This document shows, in pieces, positions 59,030-64,000 of a stretch of DNA of 64,000 nt. The position numbers and the translations under genes were made by a program. Under the pieces are notes generated by a model. That model was not told the origin of the DNA, made no database searches, and saw only the letters and a list, made by a program, of their open reading frames with translations. Source of the stretch: Lama glama (lineage: Eukaryota); NCBI GenBank assembly GCA_028534125.1, contig CM052825.1, forward strand, positions 1,178,001-1,242,000, given 5' to 3'. Positions within the stretch are counted from its first letter, which is position 1; every line of letters starts with the position of its first letter.

Positions 59030-62000
59030 GACACAGGTGAGGAAAAGAGCCCTTCCCACCAGCCAGAGTGGGAAACTTGCGTGCCACGGACGCACCAGGG
59101 AGGGCCTGGCTCGGGGGTGGGAGGAGAGCTGCTCAGGACGGCCCAGCAAACCACAAAACCAAGATCTGTGAGGACCGGCCTCCTCCCAGGGAACCCGAGT
59201 GCACCTCCGAAAAAAGTTCAACACGACCTGTAAGAACACAAGAACGCCCAGCACCCAGCAAGCTAAGATTCACAATGTCTGCTGTCCAAACAGGGTCCCA
59301 GGCATTAAAAGAAGCAGGAAAGTGTGACCCACGGTGAGGAAGGTGAGCAGGCAGGTAAGACCCACCAGGACGGCACAGGGCATCACGTGAGCGTCCACAG
59401 ACACTGGCACTTGCGCTTGAGGCAGAACCACAGAAATGGAGGACGCTGGATCTTTAAACCTGAAGAGAGAGTCACCAAGCGGCGGGGAACCTCACGAAGC
59501 TGGAGTCACCGCAGGAAGCGAGGGACGCAAGGGGGTTTCCGACGTGATGGGAAATGCAAAGCCACAGATCCCAGAAGCCACACAAACCCAGCACAGCAAA
59601 CAGGAAGAAAACAGCCCCAGAGCACAGAACAATCCAGCTGCTCAAAAGCAGTGATAAAGGACCCACAAGCAGCCGCAGAAAGGAAGCGCTGCGCACAGAG
59701 GAGCAAGGCCGATTTCTCAGCAGAGACGTTGCGGGTGAGAAAGAGGAGAAAACTCTTTAAAATACTGGGAGATGCGGGGAGGGCACAGCTCAAGTGGTAG
59801 AGCACACGCTTAGTGTGCACAAGGCCCTGGGTTCAATCCCCAGCACCTCCTCAAAAAAATAAATAAACCTAATTACCTCCTCCCCACCAGATTAAAAAAA
59901 AATACTGGGAGAAAACTTAAAATGCCAGCCTGGAATTCTATTCCCAGTGAAAATACCTTTCAAAAAAAAGCAAAAGAACGCTGTTCTCAGACACCCAAGA
60001 GCAGAAGGAGCTCGTCACCAGCAGGCCTGGTCCAGAGGGAAGGCCAGGGGCGTCCTCCTGGGAGAGAGAAGGAGGCGCAGAGGGCGGTGCGGGCCCACAC
60101 GGAGCGAGGAGCGCGGAGCCACAGGATGCGGGCAGGTGCGTGACCAGCACACCTTTAAGTCTGCTACGACACTTACGTGACCACTTTTTAAAGAGACTGA
60201 CTGCTTCAACAAAACTAACAAAGTATCCTGGGGGTTTGAGACATGAGCACAAACAAAATGCATGACAGCAGCCACGCAAAGGCTGCACAGACAGATGCAC
60301 CCAGCTGCACGGAGCTGTGCTGCATGTGAAAAGGCGTGGCATCGCGTGAAGGCAGACTGAGGTAAGCGAAGGAAGTACACGGTAAACCTTCAACTAGCCC
60401 CTGAAATTAAAAAAAAAAAAGTTACAACTGAAAAGCCAGAAAAGGAAATAAAACGGAGTCATAAAAAACACCCAACTAATTTAAAAAAAGCCAGAAAAAT
60501 AGGAAAACGGGAATGAAGAAGAGACGGAATAAGCAGAAAACAGGGTGACAAGATCAAACCTAACCACACAGCGACCACAGCAAATGTGAGTGCTCTGAAC
60601 ACCCCCGTTAAACGGCAGAGAGACACTCACAATGGATGGAAAAGCTGCACCCAGTTACACAGGCCGCCAACGAAAAGTGCACTTGCGACGTGAAGACGCA
60701 GGGTGGCGGTCACCTGCCCAGGAGGTCAGGACAACGTGAAACATTCCTGCACTGATGGAAGCGTCACAGGAGAAGCAAAGGCCGGCGGAAATGCAGGAGA
60801 GATCCAGTCCACAGTCAGCGTCGGGCTTCGAGACACTCTCCCAATAACTGACAGAGCAGCCAAGAGAAGGCACGGAGGGCAGAGCAGACCGAGCCCGTCA
60901 ACCCACCCGACCACCGCCCCTCCGGCCGTGCAGACCCCCGGCTGCGCCGGCACAGGCCGGCCTCCCCGGGCACGCGGGGTGCCCACCAGGGCAGGCGGGC
61001 GCCGGCTGAAGGGGCCTGGGCGTACTGAGCACAGTCTCGTCTTTCAAAATGCATCCTGCGACCACAGCGAAATCACACTAGAAGTCGGTGACAAAGATAC
61101 CCGGGGAACGTCATTTACAGCGGTATCTCCGACAAGAGACACGGAGAGGCACGTGGAGAAGCGGCGGGAGGCCCCCCTGCGGTGGCCCCAGCCCGCTCCC
61201 CGAGGGCGACGGAGGGCAGCGCGCGGGGGCCGCCCTCCCCATGCCGGAGGCCACGGAATCGGAGCAGTCCCATCAGAGCCCAGGAGCTTCTCCGCACGTG
61301 CTGACGAGCCAACGCCAAGATTCACATGGAAATGTGTCGAACCTAAAACCGTCAACACGACACGGAGAAAAGGCAAAGCTGGGGGCTGACAGGACCTACA
61401 GCTGTAGCCGTCAAGGCGGTGCCGGCCAGAGCCGGGCCGCCGGGCAGAGCGGCGCCCACGACGCACACGGGCAGCTTCGGGGCAGGTGTGGAAGGAACGG
61501 TGTTCCAACAGCGAGTGCTGGAACAGTCCTGACGTCCGTCTTTGTAGAACATGAGAAACTAACCCAAACCGTTAATAAATCTACATGTAAAGTAAAACAT
61601 GATTAATTTGCATAAAACTACGGGCAAAACCTTTGCGAACCTGGGACAGGCGGGGATGTCACAGCCACCACACCCCAATCCTCACACATGAAAGAAAAAA
61701 CTGACCAAAGCTTCTCTTTAAAAGACGTGGTGCGGAGAACGAAGAGGCGCGTCTCAGGACGCGAGGCTGGCGCCGCAGGGGGGTGCTCCAGAGCCCCAGG
61801 CAGCGAGCAGGGCTCCGGAGAAAACGGGCAGAAGCTCCAAAGAGATATTTTGCCAAAGGGACACAATGACAGGCACGTGAAGAGAGCCCAACGTCCCCAG
61901 GAAGCAAGGACGCAGGCCCCAGCGGCCCTGGACCGCTCGCCGCGCGGAGGCGGGAGGGGCGGCCGCTCCGACTCAGACGGCAGGCCTCTCAGAACGGAAA

Positions 62001-62050
62001 CTCGCCGCGCCCCGCACACGTCCACACAGGGGCTTTACGTGTGACAAAGC
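59030..62050 (+). mobile_element. Internally deleted old L1 relic (ORF1, inter-ORF region and ORF2 pieces) hosting a SINE
   Basis: gccgatttctcagcagagacg and ctggaattctattcccagtgaaaatacctttcaaaaa (ORF1 end); gcaaatgtgagtgctctgaacacccccgttaaacggcagaga (ORF2 start); gccaagattcacatggaaatg. Confidence 0.8.
59773..59898 (+). mobile_element. tRNA-Ala-derived SINE (Vic-1-like, long form) with perfect 14-bp TSD
   Basis: gcggggagggcacagctcaagtggtagagcacacgcttagtgtgcacaaggccctgggttcaatccccagcacctcc with an intact B box; TSD aaaatactgggaga at 59759-59772 and 59899-59912; target site ttt|aaaa. Confidence 0.93.
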
Positions 62051-62620
62051 GGCTCACTGACAACAGCCCCAAACTGGGGAGACGAGGTGTCCGCCAGCAA
62101 GCGTGCGCCGGGCGACGGCGCCTCTGTCCGAGGGAGGGGCGCCGGGACCCGCGCCGCGCGGCCCCTTCACCTGCGGGCGGGAGGCGCGGCCCAGCTCCGC
62201 GCGGCTGCGGGGCGGGGGCCTCGTCACGCAAGAGGAAGTGTTTGGGGTGATGCCGCGTCCACCGCCTTGAGTGCGGTGCTGCCCCGGGGGTGCGGGGGCC
62301 TCTGTGTCCGTGTGTGTCTCCCTCCATGTGTGGGTGTGAAAACGTGCGCGGCTGTACATTTACAAAACGAAGAGCCTTTGCTGAGCCAGCAAAGCCGTGA
62401 AGACCACGCTGCAGCAATGCCGCCGGCGCTGACTGCTTTCCGCCCCCAGAAGCGGGCTGGCGGGTCAGGGCCAGCAGCCCTGCCCGCTGCCCCCCGGCCT
62501 GGTGCCGCACCCACAGCAGCAACGCCCGTGCAGGCGTTAGGGCTGCCTCTTGCGCCGCAGCCGGGGTCCCGGTCCCATGGAGGAGCACAGACCGGCATGG
62601 AGCTGCGGTGACTGCGCGGT
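61760..62620. other. Intragenic CpG-island-like segment
   Basis: Very dense CpG and GC-box-like words (e.g. ggggcgggg near 62208), judged by eye and not computed. Confidence 0.5.
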
Positions 62621-62704
62621 CCGCCAGGCATCATGGGGACCCACGGCCGATCAGCAGAGCAGCGTTTCTGGCACCCAGGAGGGCCCAGGGCCCTCCACGC
62701 AGCT

Positions 62705-62800
62705 CACGTCCAATCTCCCCTTTTCAGAGGGGAAACTGAGGCTCACAGAGGGTAAGTGACTGCAGGGGAGCAGCCCGCCCAGGACCTGCGGTCCAGAGCC
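62705..62800 (-). mobile_element. MIR SINE core
   Basis: ctccccttttcagaggggaaactgaggctcacagagggtaagtgact. Confidence 0.75.
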
Positions 62801-63694
62801 GGCAGTCAGGCGCCAGCGTGGATGCCCTCACCTGCTGGGTCAGCGCTGCCGGGGGAAGACCCAGAGGCGCCCCGCATGTGCGGGAGGGTCAGGTGTGGGC
62901 ACCTCCAGGAAGCCGCCTGGGGAAAGGGCTCTGCATCTCAGGCACAGGCTGGGTGAGCGCCCCGCTGCCAAGGCCCCTCTGAAAACAAACGTGACGGATA
63001 ATGAAGGCTGGGGAGCAGACGTCCTCAGGGCTAACTTCAGGTAAGCAGCCGTGTGCGGACGAAGACGTGTCAACAGGCGGGAGCTGGAACCTGTCCTGGC
63101 TGTCCGAGGACACACCACGTGAGCAGCACGCGCCTGTGGGCTTTACGGACGGCCGCTTCCTCCTCCGCACCCTCGTTTCCCGGAAAACTGCTCGCTCACC
63201 GAGGACGTGCGTGTCTGCTCGAAAGCTCACACGCTGGTCTGCCTTCCAGTGGTTTAACGCAATCAGTCTGCCCTAAGCTTCTTGAAACCGACAGACTCCA
63301 AGTTTTTTAACCACGGAGGGTATTACAGGAAATGGATGGTGTCCCGGCCACTTCTTGAGAAGATGAAGCCAGTAGAAGCAGGGGGGTGCCTGCCAGGAGG
63401 AGCTGGCCGGAAAGGGGCATTTTATTTTGCCTAAAATACTCATACTGAGTGGACCACACGCCCTGGAAACTTCTGAGTGAAGAATGACTATCTTCCCAGA
63501 ACTTGGGTAACGGGGTGGGGGCCAGATTCCTGGGGGGCCAGCTGGACCGGGAGCAGGCGGGACTGCAGGCCCAGCTGGCTGTGCTCGGGGATCTGCAGCC
63601 ACATCGCCGCCGCTGGCTCATCTGCCCCTTGGTCATCTGTGGCCCGTGCTCCCGCGGCACCAGCTCCGGAGCTGCTCGTCCAGGAGGGGGGTCC

Positions 63695-64000
63695 CGCTCC
63701 AGGCTTTAACGTCTGTGTCTCCCCCAGACCCACATGTGGAAGCCCTAACCCTGTGTGATGGTATCTGGAGGTGGGTCTTTGAGGGTGAGCGGGTCAGATG
63801 AGGTCGGGAGAGGGCCATGTCCTCGTAAGGAGCCACCACAGTCTGCCGCTCGCTCCCTCTGCCTCGTGAGGACACGGCAGAAGGCGGTGTCGGCAAGCCA
63901 AGGAGGGGGTCTCAGAAGAGACCGAGCTTGCCGACACCCCAATCTCAGACTTCTGGCCTCCAGAACCTTGAGAAAATGAACGCCTGTGGGTTAAGGTACC
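63695..64000 (+). mobile_element. MaLR LTR (MLT1A/B-like), runs off the window
   Basis: tgtgtctcccccagacccacatgtggaagccctaaccctgtgtgatggtatctggaggtggg...gtgaggacacggcagaaggcgg...atctcagacttctggcctccagaacc. Confidence 0.85.

Larger units (their letters stand above)
1..64000 (-). other. MAD1L1: Internal part of the MAD1L1 gene: three exons, two complete introns (40014-58538 and 12925-39805) and two partial introns (58630-64000 and 1-12733)
   Basis: The three exons splice into one continuous frame matching the C-terminal part of MAD1. The terminal exon (human ATSPSGSKMQLLET...) and the upstream exons are not seen, so the gene extends beyond both window ends. Confidence 0.95.

Noticed and set aside
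59773-59850. Possible tRNA-Ala gene (also 24560 and 27669)
   Set aside because: The anticodon stem is mispaired, there are extra 5' bases, and a poly(A) tail and TSD are present. These are SINEs, not tRNA genes.
1-64000. Intronic miRNA or snoRNA genes
   Set aside because: No hairpin or box motif set that I can support by eye. An Infernal/Rfam scan would be decisive.

Overview
Mammalian genomic DNA, very GC-rich and CpG-rich. The whole window lies inside the spindle-checkpoint gene MAD1L1 on the minus strand. Three coding exons with canonical AG/GT ends and compatible phases are present: 58539-58629, 39806-40013 and 12734-12924. They match human exons 16-18 as I recall the numbering, and cover the coiled coil, the MAD2-interaction motif, the RLK motif and the start of the RWD domain. 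Three tRNA-Ala-derived SINEs of the camelid Vic-1 type suggest camel, alpaca or a relative. The introns hold many old L1, L2, MIR, MLT1 and MER relics, a 55-unit 10-bp minisatellite, a 3x41-bp repeat and a 133-N gap. Nearly all long ORFs in the supplied track are artefacts of GC content or repeats. I see no convincing new gene or new biological system. The best leads are: (i) substitutions in and next to the MAD2-binding motif (human-numbered M545L, S546R, R556Q, R558H); (ii) a helically phased CAGGTG E-box minisatellite; (iii) a series of AT-rich islands carrying homeodomain/PBX-HOX/MEIS/POU motifs that look like long-range enhancers; (iv) strong but patchy AT-to-GC rewriting of L1 relics. 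Repeat subfamily names and human residue comparisons come from recalled consensus sequences, not from searches, and repeat boundaries are approximate.
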